64,000 nt of DNA from Chrysomallon squamiferum. Lineage: Eukaryota; Animalia; Mollusca. The DNA is taken from the NCBI GenBank assembly GCA_012295275.1, contig CM022670.1, positions 19,964,001 to 20,028,000 of the forward strand, in the 5' to 3' direction. Positions 1 to 18,960 of this stretch are shown here, piece after piece (the stretch's first letter is position 1; each line of letters opens with the position of its first letter). The notes under the pieces were generated by a model, which was not told the DNA's origin, did no database searches, and worked only from the letters and a program-made list of their open reading frames with translations. The translations under genes were made by a program, and so were the position numbers.

Positions 1-595
1 TTGTATTTGAGATTTTCATAATGGAAATTTTTTGTATTAATATTTAAATATTACCCAAAAAATGTTTTATTTTTTATTTTTATAAATACATTAACATACT
101 TTTAAAATATTATTTAATGCATTGATCTGATTGTTTTGTGGCCAACATGACTTTTCTGAAAACAATTTGATCACTGAATTGCATGTGAAGAATTATGAAG
201 GAATTGTCTTCTGTCTGTGATCATGATGAATTTCAATTATCTTTTTGATGTAATGATGCATACCAGCATTGTCTGCACCAGTGGAGAAAATATTAAGTAT
301 ACATATCAAGACCTTTTGCCCCAACAGATATCATCTAAATAAGAATATTGAAAATATGCTTTTCCTGAGGTATATTCAAAAAAATTCACATATTGATGTG
401 AAATATTGTTGATCCTGTTATGTAATAAAAAAAAAAGCAAATGAAAAACAATAAATTTGAAATGCTTCCACATGTATTTGAATTTATATACAATTCAGTG
501 TATTTTACAATCTCTGATTGCATGTATATTTAACATAGTTGATTCATTTATATTATGGATACTTTTTTTCCTTCTTTTTTCTTGTAATAATTTAG

Positions 596-6892
<6,297 letters not shown>

Positions 6893-7665
6893 ATTTGTAT
6901 TCTATAAAATAACAAGCTGCTTTTCTGAAGAATAAGTGGTTTCTCAAAACTAAATTAACATGTATATTGTTTTTATGAACTGGCAGTGGCCTTTTCAGGT
7001 TGATGACAACTTAGTAAAAATATGTTTATGGCACAGTTGAGAGATACATTTAAGATTGTGTTGATTTGTTAAATGTTGTATGAAGGAGCATCAGTTTCAA
7101 TAGATTTGTTAAAGAAAATTTGAAACTTGTGAAGGTAGATGGATTAGAAAGATGGTTGATAAAGGTGATGTGACAAATACTATTGATGATAATTGGAAAT
7201 TAAAGGAAATGCCTTTCATGATTCTAGAAAAAAAAAGAAATTTTTCTTTTTAAAAATGGTTACATTTTCTTTCCAAGGACTGGATATTTACTGTGCCAAG
7301 GTTGGAGATGAATGCACTGCTTATATGTATTGCTCTTGGATTAGTACCAGTGAATAAACGACAAAAAATTTAAAATACTTGTACATTCCAGGGGTATACT
7401 GATTGGCCGCCTTTACCCAAAATATTCATTTATTTCTAAGGATGTTGTTGATAACAGTAAAAGACAATATGAAGAAAACATCAAATGAAAAAATAGTTCT
7501 ATTTTAATCAGCTTGAAGATTTTTTAATGGGCATTAGTGAAGGAAGAAAACTCAGGGATCAGTGAGCTAATATTTCTATTCATCATCATTCATAATTTGT
7601 CTCATCACTCCAGGAAAAGGTGTTAGAAACATTTTAATCTGTCTGCTTCACCACCAGAATTAAAT

Positions 7666-7719
7666 ATGACCTGCAGGACTGGCTTTTTCCTTTTTTTTTT
7701 TTTTGTCTTGCAGGTTCAT
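7666..7719 (+). other. Predicted stem-loop downstream of vasa stop (probable 3'UTR)
   Basis: ATGACCTGCAGGAC (7666-7679) pairs with GTCTTGCAGGTTCAT (7705-7719): 14 pairs including one G-U, one bulged U, 25-nt pyrimidine-rich loop. Confidence 0.5.
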
Positions 7720-10700
7720 GGAATCATGGATTAAAATGTGCCAAATATATTTTCAGTCATCAGCTTACTGGGCAAGAAGCTTAGTTCATTATTGTTTTAA
7801 TTGGTGCTGCAGCCATTTCTGATGTAGTTAATTAGCTTTTCAGAACTTCACAGATTTTGATTTCGAGAAGTTTTCTGATGCAGCTCTTAGTCTCTTGCAA
7901 GCAAAATTTATTTATTTTACATATTTATTAATGACTGTTAAGTTCTCCTTTTTTTAAATATGTAAATTCTTAATCCAGACATTTTCCTTTTCTAAAGCAT
8001 TTAGTGTAACTGCATCTGAAATGGTTTTCAGTGCTTTCGTTTTGTTTTATTTTCATGTTTTATTAAAAATTATTTTTAAATATATAGTCTTTTTCTTTTT
8101 CTTTCTGTTTTGAGAACTACATACTTCCAAGATTAATGCAAATGATCTGAAAATATATAAAAGATTTTTGAAATGGCGTAGTAAGTAAAAATGCATAATA
8201 AAGCTTTATCATTTATTCCACAGAGCTCCATTATCATTTTTTCCATTTTATAAATCTCCAAAGCACTGCAGTATGTTTCTTCTTTAACAGTCTGTACACT
8301 GCAATATTGTTCTGACAGAACATTTTGTAGTTTTTAAATCAAAATTACAAATATGAATATAGAAGTAATATGAAATGCTTTATCATATTTTTTCATAAAT
8401 GGACATACGGGTGGTTTTTTGGCTTCAAAATATCAAACATTGTTAGATGTCTAGTAAATTGATGCAAAAGTAAAGCTTCTGTAGGCTATTTGTGCAGAGT
8501 AATGTTCCCAATATCCATTTTCTCACTGATAAAAAACAAACCTCAAATTGCACCATTTTGGAGGAAAAAAATTAAATAAGAACTGAACAAAACCAAAAAC
8601 AGTCCAAAGTGTATAATAAATCTTTATAATAATAGTAATAATGATTTAAGCAATATAATACAATATACTAGTATTTGTGATGATACTAACAACATTGAGT
8701 AAAGCCAAATAAAACAGTAAGCTAGTTTTGATGGTAATACAACATTGTGTAAAAATAAAACAATAGTAATACTGAATTCTAACTGGCAAGTGCAAAAGCA
8801 ACATAAAATACCATCTTACTGATACAGATAATCAAAATGTGCTTTATCTGAAACTGGTTAAATGGCATATTTAATTATTTTGTATAATGAAAATTCTCTA
8901 TTTAAATATAGTCTGTAAAAAAAAAAAAAAAAATATATATATAATTTTGTTAGCAACATGTATCAGTAAATAAAATGAGTAATACTATTTATAACAGCAC
9001 TTGATTTGTGCATGATTGAAATGTTACACAATGTATTTAAATAATCACAGTAATTCACTTATTTTCACTTATCACTTTAAAATCTATATAAATATATATA
9101 TATATATATATTCAAACTAATAATCATAATTTAATATCTGATTACAACCAGTTACAATTTATTTTTATATATGCATCAATACTTTTTTTGTATGTCATTT
9201 TACTTTTTATTTATTATTATTTTTTTTTTTAATTAGAGTAAAACCTAGTAATTAAACAATTTGCAAAATTAACATAGTAAAAAAAAGAAAATAATGGATT
9301 ATTTTTATCACAGCAAATGCATGTTTTAACAACAAAATAAAATTTAGGGATTTAAAACTATTCTGTGTAAAGAAGATATCAGACAATTTATAAAATTTCT
9401 AAAATATATTTTAAAAACAAAAAATTGATGTACATATAAACAACTGACAAATACACACAAATGTATATATATATTTTTCTAATTCAGTTTTATTATTATT
9501 CAGCACTGAATATTTTTAATCAATTAAGCAATATGCAGTTTAGAGGTGTACAAATTTAATGCAATGCATTCCATTGAGCTCTGATTAATAATAGCTGCAG
9601 TTAAGTGCAAATATACAAAAAACAATGTTTGAAATATAAATTTATCGGAAAATAATATTTTTATCAAATACATTTTCAAAATGGAATGCATTGTTTAATT
9701 GATCTTAAATATTGCACAATGTAATACTTGTGGTAAAAAATCATATATTTGTTTTTTCTAATCTTATAGAAATATATATATAGATAGATAATAAAAAGCT
9801 AATTTAATGTTAAATTTAGCTAGAAACGAACTAAAATGTTTACAAAAGGCATAGTGTACTCATAACTGTATAGCTAGTCCTACACTGCATTACTATAATT
9901 TATTTTGTTTGCATTGATGTTTGTTTATTAAAATGTATAAAAAGCTAGTTTTCAAAATATATTTCACAAGTATACTTAAGAAATTGTTAAAACAAAAAAG
10001 AAAATGGTTTTAAGAATTATTTATATTAATTTTAACAATATTAATATTCTGTTGCTGGATTTTTTTAATTTTTTTTTTTACTTAAATGGATGAGCCAGTA
10101 GCTACCAACTACTACATTGCTAAGCAGAGTATTAGAAGGAACACTGTAATTTCCAGAATGATGTGGAACAGATTCAAAATACGTATCTTGTTATACCATC
10201 CCAAATGTTTTGGGTAAATAATTAATTTTTAAATAAAATAATACATTCATTCATATTTGTCAAAACAAATCTTATACTGTTGTTAATCTTATTTCCAAAA
10301 AATATAAAACTATTCATTTCTTTTTCAGTATTTCTGTCAGGATACATCACATGATTTAAAATCTTTGTAGAAAAAGGGTGAAAGTGCACCCATGAGTGAC
10401 TACATGTAAATGTTTCTTGAATGTTTTGTTTCCATGTTACACAAGTGATACATAAGAATACCTTATTTCTGAATATGACCCATGTAAGATACTTGCAACG
10501 ATTTGTCTAGAAACATCAAGTGAACTAAGTTGACAGACAATAACAGGTATAACTCTTTAGACCAATCCATGAACAACTCTGAATGGATTATTTGATTTTA
10601 GACATCAGTGACTGCCATCTCACTTAACTGGTGATCTATCTGTATAACCTACTGTTCCACTGGACATAAATTAACTTTATTTTATGTCAAACTGTCCATA

Positions 10701-11881
10701 AAGTTATATTATTGCTACTATCAGTATGATAAAACAGCACTTAGTGTCTTTAATCTCTTCCAGTGCATTTCAGTTCATATTGGGAGTTACAAAGCAAACT
10801 GTTTATTATTTCATAAATGTAAGCACCTAAAAAATACTGACATAAATTATTCATATAGGAATGTATATGTTAAAACACAAAACACAAAACACAAAACACA
10901 AATAAATATCAATAAATACTGTATGAGAAATTGAGCTTTCTCAAGTGTATGACTAAATATAAGTTAACATCAGCAGTATATTAAGAATTAACATCAAGAA
11001 TATCACAATTTTAAATGAAACAAAAATTTCTGCAGCCATTTTCAGAATCACTACACTTGTATTTATCACAGCTGGAATAAAAACTGTAGTAATAACTATT
11101 AATACAAAATATATATAATTACTATAAATATAAATACATATAAAAATAAATATGATAGGACTTAAAAAAAAATTGATAGAGAAATATTGTTACTGACATT
11201 ATTAAAAATATATAGATTGGGAGATATAAACAAAAACCTAATAGTTTAAAAAAATATTAAATCTTAATACTAGTAATAAAAATCTTTGGAAGAAATGCAC
11301 AACTAGGTGGGGTTTTTTTTGTTGTTTCAGGTTGTTGTTTTTTTCAAATCTTTAATCACAGGAAATTAAGAAAATTTAATATATATTTTATTAACACATA
11401 ATAATCATTATTAAAAATCTTCTACCTTTTTTCTCAAATGACAAACTATCGTTCCAGGAGATTTTGAAATAAAAAGATTTTAAGCAAATGCTTTTGTCCA
11501 ATGATTAAAATTGTAATAATTTTACAAAATCAATATCTGATGATTTTCACTTTTCTCGTTATCTTGCAGTTCAATCTTTTATTTCTTTTTCAAAGACTGG
11601 TAACACATCTGAAATAAATACACTTAGTAACTTATTTTATCAAAATTTATCTTTTAAAACTTTTTTTTTAAATGTTTTAATTATATTTCATTTTAATTAC
11701 AACTTTCTTCTATAATCTAAAATATATGAATAGGTCATTCACATATATATAGTGATAAATTCACATGTAATTCACATTTATTATATCTTATATCTTAAGT
11801 ACAGTTAAAGTCTTCAAAATTTTAACAGTTAATTTTCTGTTAATAGTATTACTATTTATTTTGATAAAGATTTAAGACACA

Positions 11882-14800
11882 CTATGCAATTGTTAAGGAT
11901 TTTGGAGGCATGGTCTGTTGTCTTGGTTGAGGTACACCATCAGGCACATCTGGTGGTACAATGAATACTCTGTCTTCAAGTTTGACATCCTTTCCACGAA
12001 TTCTTTCCCTGGTTAAAAATAAAACAATAACATAATAAAATATAATAACAACACTGTTCTCTTTCTGAAACAAATTTTATTATTATAATAACAACAACTA
12101 CATTTTTCTCTGTTCAGAAAAAAAATAATAACAATACTTTTTTTATAATGTATTCAGATGATCTCTAAATTAAAAAAATTAATAATAATAATAACATTAA
12201 CAATAACAATAATAAGAGAAAAAAAACAATCAAATTTTAGTGCAGTTTCTTCTTGAATATTATCACGTTTGAATAATTTAAGGCTAAATGTATTTGTTTT
12301 TTCATATTTGTGAAATTTTTCAATTGTATATAAAAGTTCAGTTAAATACTTCAGATATTTTTCCATCTTTGCACTAAGATTGGCTGTTTTTGATTTGAAA
12401 ACATTTTCATGTCCATTTTGGTGTCGTGCATCATCCCACTTCTGTACATCATAGCGACCTGCACCTACAGGATTCTAGAAAGAAAATAATATTTACATAC
12501 AAGTTCTTGTACATTGCTATAAATATTTAAATTATAAAATTGAAATAATAAATAATTCACAACTTAATACTGTAAATCCCAAAACATAATTTTTAGTCTT
12601 GTTTCCAGTTATATGTTAATATTTTATCTTACCATTATAATTTGCTAAAAAAAATGTCAAATTTTTAAATGGAACATTGGTATTTTGAGACATATTTAAT
12701 ATATTTAACAATAATTAAATAGCTAGTAACATGTCATATATATGTCAATGTTCTTTATTTCTTTCATCTTTGAATTAAAAAATTTCTTAAATTAAGTAAT
12801 TTATTAGAATTCTTTTATAGATGTACAGAAAAATAAACTTACAAAATTCCTAGTAAAGAACATCTGAGATATTCTATCATTTCTCTGAGAGGATGATAAA
12901 AATCCTGGACCTCGGGTTGATGTGGGTTTTCGTGGCTGATACTCTATGTTGTATTTACCTGGACCAGGTGTGCCCTAAATAAACATTTGATTAAAGAAAA
13001 TATTAATTATTCAACACTGCTTAGATTCTGAAATTTTCTGATAAATTAACTGCATTTATTTCTGTACATTCTAAAATTATTTATTTGTACATATTTATAA
13101 ATGAATAATAGTTTTTCTTTTAGGTCAAATATTAACTGGTACCTATTCCTCCTGAAGAAAGATATACTAGTAGTTTTGGTTGTTGTTTTATTTTTATTTT
13201 TTTTTTTTTTTTTTTTTTGTTGATAAATTCTTAATTAAGAATATTGTACTGGTTGCAAAAATATTAATGGATATTTTCATTTAAAATAATTTAAAAAAAA
13301 ATGAAATGAAAATGATGTAATTATCCTTTTCCTTCCTGAATCAAAAAAGAGATATAATTTATATTTTACTATGACTCATAAGAGATACATTCTATCCAAA
13401 TCTATCATTTTCATGGTTTATCCATCTTGAAAAAGGTAGCAAAAAAATTAATTCTATCTGAAAAACATATCTACCACTGAAGAACATTAATGTGTGATAT
13501 GAGTTACTTTCTTTTGTACTGATGGTATATGTTGAAGAACAACATACCGCTTTAGTCTGATATATTGACACTGTGCTGTAAAAGATTCTCTCACTAGGAA
13601 AATCTGGGTACTGGTCCACAGTTCCAAACTTTCCATGTTTCTTTTTGTGAACTGAATTCTGATCATCCACAAATGACTTCAACTCATATTTTCCTGGACC
13701 TACATTGTTTGTTTTCTGTCCAAAAATTAATTAAACATGAAAATAAAATTAAGGATATAAATAAACTTATAGATAAATAAAACAATTAAAATATAAGTTA
13801 GTAAATAGGTAAAATGAATTTTTTTAATTATTAAATTCAGAATCAGATAACTTAAAAAAAACGACATTATATTACAGAAATACAAACACAGGAGGATTTT
13901 ACTTATTTATTTTATTTATTTATCTTTAAAAATTAGATAATGTTAGTAACGATTTCATTTATTTATTTTATTTACTTATTTATAAAAATCAGACAGTGTT
14001 AGTATTTTTGTTTGATAATAAAATGTCTGAAAAAACTGACAAAAACTTACAGGTGCTGCAAAGTACCCTACAGAGATAGGTTTGTTTCGATTTCCAGAGA
14101 ACAAATCATATGGGCCTCGTAAGCTGACCACTTTAGATGTAATATCATCAGTGAAGCTATTGAAATTGTAAGTTCCTGGACCAAGTCTACAACCCTAAAA
14201 TACAGTTTTAGATAAATAAAATCCATAAATATAATAATCAATTTACAACTTTAAATCAATATTTTTAAAGTTTTTGAATAAAAGAAAAACAAAAAAACAA
14301 AAAATGTTCCTGATAGCTAAAATCACAATAAAACATTTTAGTTAATAGTTTTTAAATTCTCAAACTCCCCATTAAAGCAACTACTATCAGCAGTAACTTC
14401 CTGCTAACATATATTTATATTTCAACCCAGATTATAATTTAATGGATTATAAATGGCTACCAATAACTGTTGATCTCGTGTTGCAGAAGATTCTAACATT
14501 CCCACATTGCTGGTTGCCTCCTTTTCTTTTTCTTCAAGTGTGGCACTAGGTATACCACCTTTACCATAGGTTCCAGGACCTGGGGTTGTACTCTAAAATT
14601 ATACAAAATAAACATTATTCAAATTTGTCAGTTATTTATTTTTTATGTCATTATTTACATAATCAATGGTAAATATGACAAAAAGGACAGCATTTTTAGT
14701 TTATTGAGGAAGTTTATCAATAATCATGTGAAATATGTGTAAATAAAAATCAGAACATTATTTAAACAAACTTTAAGTTATAAATTAATAAACCATTATA

Positions 14801-17800
14801 TATTCAGTAGAATACATAGATACATACATACATACATACATACATGCACACATACACACATACAGACATAGATACATAGATACATAGATACATACATACA
14901 TCCATACATCCATACATACATACATACATACAAATTATATATATGAATTGTTTTACACTAGAACTACAACAATAAAAAATTACAGAACATATTAAAATGC
15001 ATAAGTTTGTATTATCAAGCAATAAAAGACATGCAAATGAATAAACAAAGAAACAAATCTTAAAAATATCATTCAAAAAATATTAAACACAAATAGATCA
15101 ATGAATCACTATGAATGAATGAATAAAATGAATTAGTTACTGTGACATAATTCTGAAATCTAGAAGCTCTAGCATCACAAATGCCTCGCTGACTCCGGGG
15201 TTTTTCATCAGCAGCATCAATAAAGTCTTTAATCTCATAAGAGCCAGGTCCAAGTTTCCGACGCTGAAATAAAAAAATATTTAAATACAACAGAATATAA
15301 TAAATTATCAAAACTATCCTACATTTATAGTAAGTCAGAAAAGATAAAATTTATAATTAAAACTGTCTAATTCTTTAAGTTACCAATATTACAAATGAGA
15401 AACTATTAAAACAAATGTTAAAGAACTTAATGGACCATGAAGATTATTTCATAAAAATTAATTAAGTTAAATAATCTTTCCCTAAAATATATAAATATGC
15501 TTTGTAAGATTACAAATTATTTACCAGCATGCGTTTTTGCTCCCACTGTTCTTTATACAATAGGTGGGGCAAAACTGCCATGCGTTCCACTTCATATGCT
15601 CGTGCCCAACCAGGCCCTGAAGCCATTTCTTCAACCCGCTTCTTGCTGAATGAGCCATTATCAAAGGAGTAACAACCTGGTCCTAAACGTCGAACCTTGA
15701 AATTGGAAAAAAACAAAATCAGATTTAGTAGTAATAGTAGTGGTAGTAAAGTAGTAGTAATGATAATAAATAATAATAGTAATAGCAGCAGTTGCAAGAA
15801 CAGTAGTGGTAGTGGTAGTGCTAGTAATAATAATAGCAAATATTGTTGAAATAAAATACTAAAAATAAAATAAAAAATCAGTTAATATAGTTTGTAACTA
15901 AAATTCTGAAAACTTCATTAAGAATGCCAAGAATTTCTAAGAAAGCCTGATAAATATTTTAATTTTTTAATTTTTTATTATTATTATTATGTTGTTGTTT
16001 TGTTTTTGTTTTTATGTTTTGTTTTGTGATTTTTAAATCACATTGTGTAATAGATATTATATTATTACTATTCTAATCATGTAAAAGCAGTAAAACGTAC
16101 AACTTCGTTGGTGTATTTTTTGTCATATGGGAGTTCTGTGAATGCTCCTGGTGGTTTGTTCTTTGGATGAACCCCTGAGACATCAAACCTGTTATGATGA
16201 AATAAAATATAATTAAAGATTTTCTTTTGTACTGAAATAATTAAATCAGTAAATATGAATATATGAAAAGAACTGTAACAAAATTACTAGCACCTGATAT
16301 GTACATTATATTTTGTTCAGTTTTTTAATAATAATAATAATATAAATTACCTCCTCAAATTTTATCAGGCAGTCCAGAAAGATTTTCCTAAAGTTGTAAC
16401 CAATTTGGTCAAATTCATTAAAAATCTGTAATTGCCACCCTGAACTAATATTCCTCTTTATGAATTAAATATTTTAATAAAGTCTTTGTGTCATTTGAAT
16501 TTATAACTTTTTTAATTTTAGTTTTTTAATTTCTATATTAATTGATTTATCACTATAGATAAAGACTATGTGAATAAAAAATATATATATATTTTATTCA
16601 ATTTTCAGCATATCCACTATAGATTTTAAATTAAAAAAATTCTAAGAATAAAATAAAGTTGTATAGGAACAAAGGAATTTATTATTTGTTTTATTTATCT
16701 GTATTTGTTTCAATTCCTTTTGACCCACTGTATCTTTTTAACTTATTTTTATGAAAATATATGTTATTGAATATCTTTTGCTAACATGTTTTCATATTAA
16801 TAATCAATAAACTACATTTATAGTTATTACAACACATTCAGTGGTTTTACTGCTTAATAAAGAATGTATTATTTAAAAATTAGGAATACATATTCAAATT
16901 GTTTTCAATAACGCAGGAATATCTTTTTAAATTATTATTCAGAGGCATGGAAAGCATTTTCAAACTGCTATTCTTAAGATAGGCAATTAATTTTTCAATT
17001 TGTTGCTCATAGGATTGCTTTTCCAAGAAAATGTTTTTACCCAACTATATAAAGATGACTTTTTATTTATTTATTTATTTATGGGTTGAGTTAAATTTAA
17101 TCATTACATAGAAGAAAACTTAAGCTTAATTGGTAACAAGATATAATTTAATCAATAATGTATCCTCCGTTGTTATTTACCACTTTTTCCCAACAGTCAA
17201 CAAGCTTTTCGATGCCTCTGCAATAAATTTGAATCAATTATGAACCGCAATGACTTATTCCTCAACCTAGTATTTAAATAGATAATCAACAGTTGAAGCA
17301 TTTAGTATTTAAAACTTGTTTTAAGATTTGTGTCTAAAATTAGTCAACCAATGTTGCCTTCTCAAAAATTAATATCTAGATTTATGTCTTTGTCTCTAAA
17401 GATAGAGTCAAAGTGAAAAAAAAATTCTTGAATATAATTATTTAGGCACCCTTTTTTCCTTCTTTTTTATATTATTTAATCATTTTTTATTATTTTTTTT
17501 TTTATTTTTGTTATTTTTATATATGTGTTACATTTAATATACCATATTATCTAAAAATTAACTGTACTTGTTGAATTCTGGCTGGTTTTTAAATATCAGC
17601 TATATCTAATACAATGATTCACAGACATGTACTCTTTCAGGATCAACAATGTAGAAATGAAGGCTATTTACAAGGAAAATGGAAAAACAGAAACTAAGTA
17701 TCATGTTTTATATTTGATAATTTTATACAGCTGTATTTGTATTTGATTTTAAGAGACCATGGTGAAAATTATAAATTAATTTTGTTGCACTGAAAGCATA

Positions 17801-18290
17801 AAATTCTGTCACTCTCAAGCTTTTACTCACTAGTGGTTGGTTGATTAAAGTTACTTGATCAATATCCATTGTCACATTGATCTCACTAAATTATATCAAG
17901 ATTGAATTTTCTGTTGGAAATGGTTTAAACATAAAACATAAATAAAAGTGGGGGAAAAATTATGTTAAAGTATAACAGCTTGAAAAAAAATTCAAAACCA
18001 CTTGCCCATGACTGATATGGTATCAGACCAGTGAATATTATGTGAATGGCTGAACTAAAAGCACCAAGCATAATCTAAAGATACATAAACACCATTACGC
18101 TGCTAAGCTGCTATAAATAAATATATATATATATATATACACAGTAAAAGCTCATGTACAAATATAACATTATAGTTAAGATATCCATGAAAATATAGTC
18201 ATTAAACACTATTAGAAATATAACTATACAAATATGCAGTTTATCAATATGTGATTAAAATCTAACGAATGTATTTTGTTGTTGTTGTTG

Positions 18291-18361
<71 letters not shown>

Positions 18362-18472
18362 TGCTATTTAATTTTTTTCCCCCAATACCTGTTAACTATA
18401 AATTATGTCAAACAATAATTACCGTGCAGTCTGCACACCAAAAGGTGCACCATGATACTTCTTTTCTGCCAT
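11882..18472 (-). CDS. LEXM: Lymphocyte expansion molecule / ciliary microtubule-associated protein 2 (C1orf177-like, PGPGxY repeats), 10 exons, ~419 aa
   Basis: Exons (5'->3') 18472-18423, 16188-16101, 15695-15525, 15263-15141, 14592-14461, 14194-14051, 13715-13548, 12974-12843, 12474-12350, 12008-11882 are phase-consistent, 1260 nt. Starts MAEKKYHGAPFGVQTARFDVSGVHP; has repeated (L/P)GPG(T/S/K/C)Y, RGPYDLFSGNRNKP, KKHGKF, NPVGAGRY as I recall from vertebrate LEXM/CIMAP2. The donor of exon 5 (GTAGCC) is weak. Confidence 0.88.
14812..14932. repeat. (CATA)n/(GATA)n compound tetranucleotide microsatellite
   Basis: Visible tandem CATA, GATA and CATC units in a LEXM intron. Confidence 0.9.
18278..18361. 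repeat. (GTT)n-(ATT)n microsatellite in LEXM intron 1
   Basis: Run of GTT followed by a long perfect ATT run. Confidence 0.95.
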
Positions 18473-18615
18473 TTGTCACCAGATAAAATTATCTTAAACG
18501 CTGCTCATGTCATGGACTCCACTAAATTTTCTCAATAATATCAGTGTTGTGTTTGTCCTTTCTTGTTATACATAGTAATAAAAGCAGCCGTCAATACAAG
18601 ATCGGTCTAGCTGAA

Positions 18616-18646
18616 GTTGTCTGCTAACGATCGGTCACATGGCAAC
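18616..18646. promoter_or_regulatory. Putative RFX X-box motifs upstream of LEXM
   Basis: GTCACATGGCAAC (18634-18646) and GTTGTCTGCTAAC (18616-18628) resemble the X-box GTNRCC-N(0-3)-RGYAAC, ~150 bp upstream of the ATG in a locally CpG-containing patch. Confidence 0.55.
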
Positions 18647-18921
18647 GCGATGTGTAATCTCGAACCATGTCGTCACGAAAAAAAACGGAGTAAGCCAATT
18701 ACTAAGTTTAATTTTTATATAGATTCAGAATTTAGAAACTTAACTTTTCTATATTATTGTGATTTATTTAATTTTGTAAAGTTGTATTAAAAGAGTTTTG
18801 ACTAACAGGATTATTAGGAAAAGATAACTCAATTTGTTTATCGTCCGGGCTTTCTTTAGCATATGAACAATTTTTTTATTTATTTACCAACAAGACATTT
18901 AATTTCTTAATACATTTCACT

Positions 18922-18960
<39 letters not shown>

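Noticed and set aside
250-300. Possible vasa start exon (ATG...ATTAA|GTATAC, phase 2)
   Set aside because: Weak donor and no resemblance to the acidic Trp-containing Vasa N-terminus; the true start is probably upstream of the window.
14804-15076. 90-aa ORF with MYVC repeats
   Set aside because: Translation of the (CATA)n microsatellite.
15696-15839. Poly-Leu signal-like N-terminus of ORF 15510-15839
   Set aside because: Intronic TAG/TAA triplet repeats upstream of the true acceptor at 15696.
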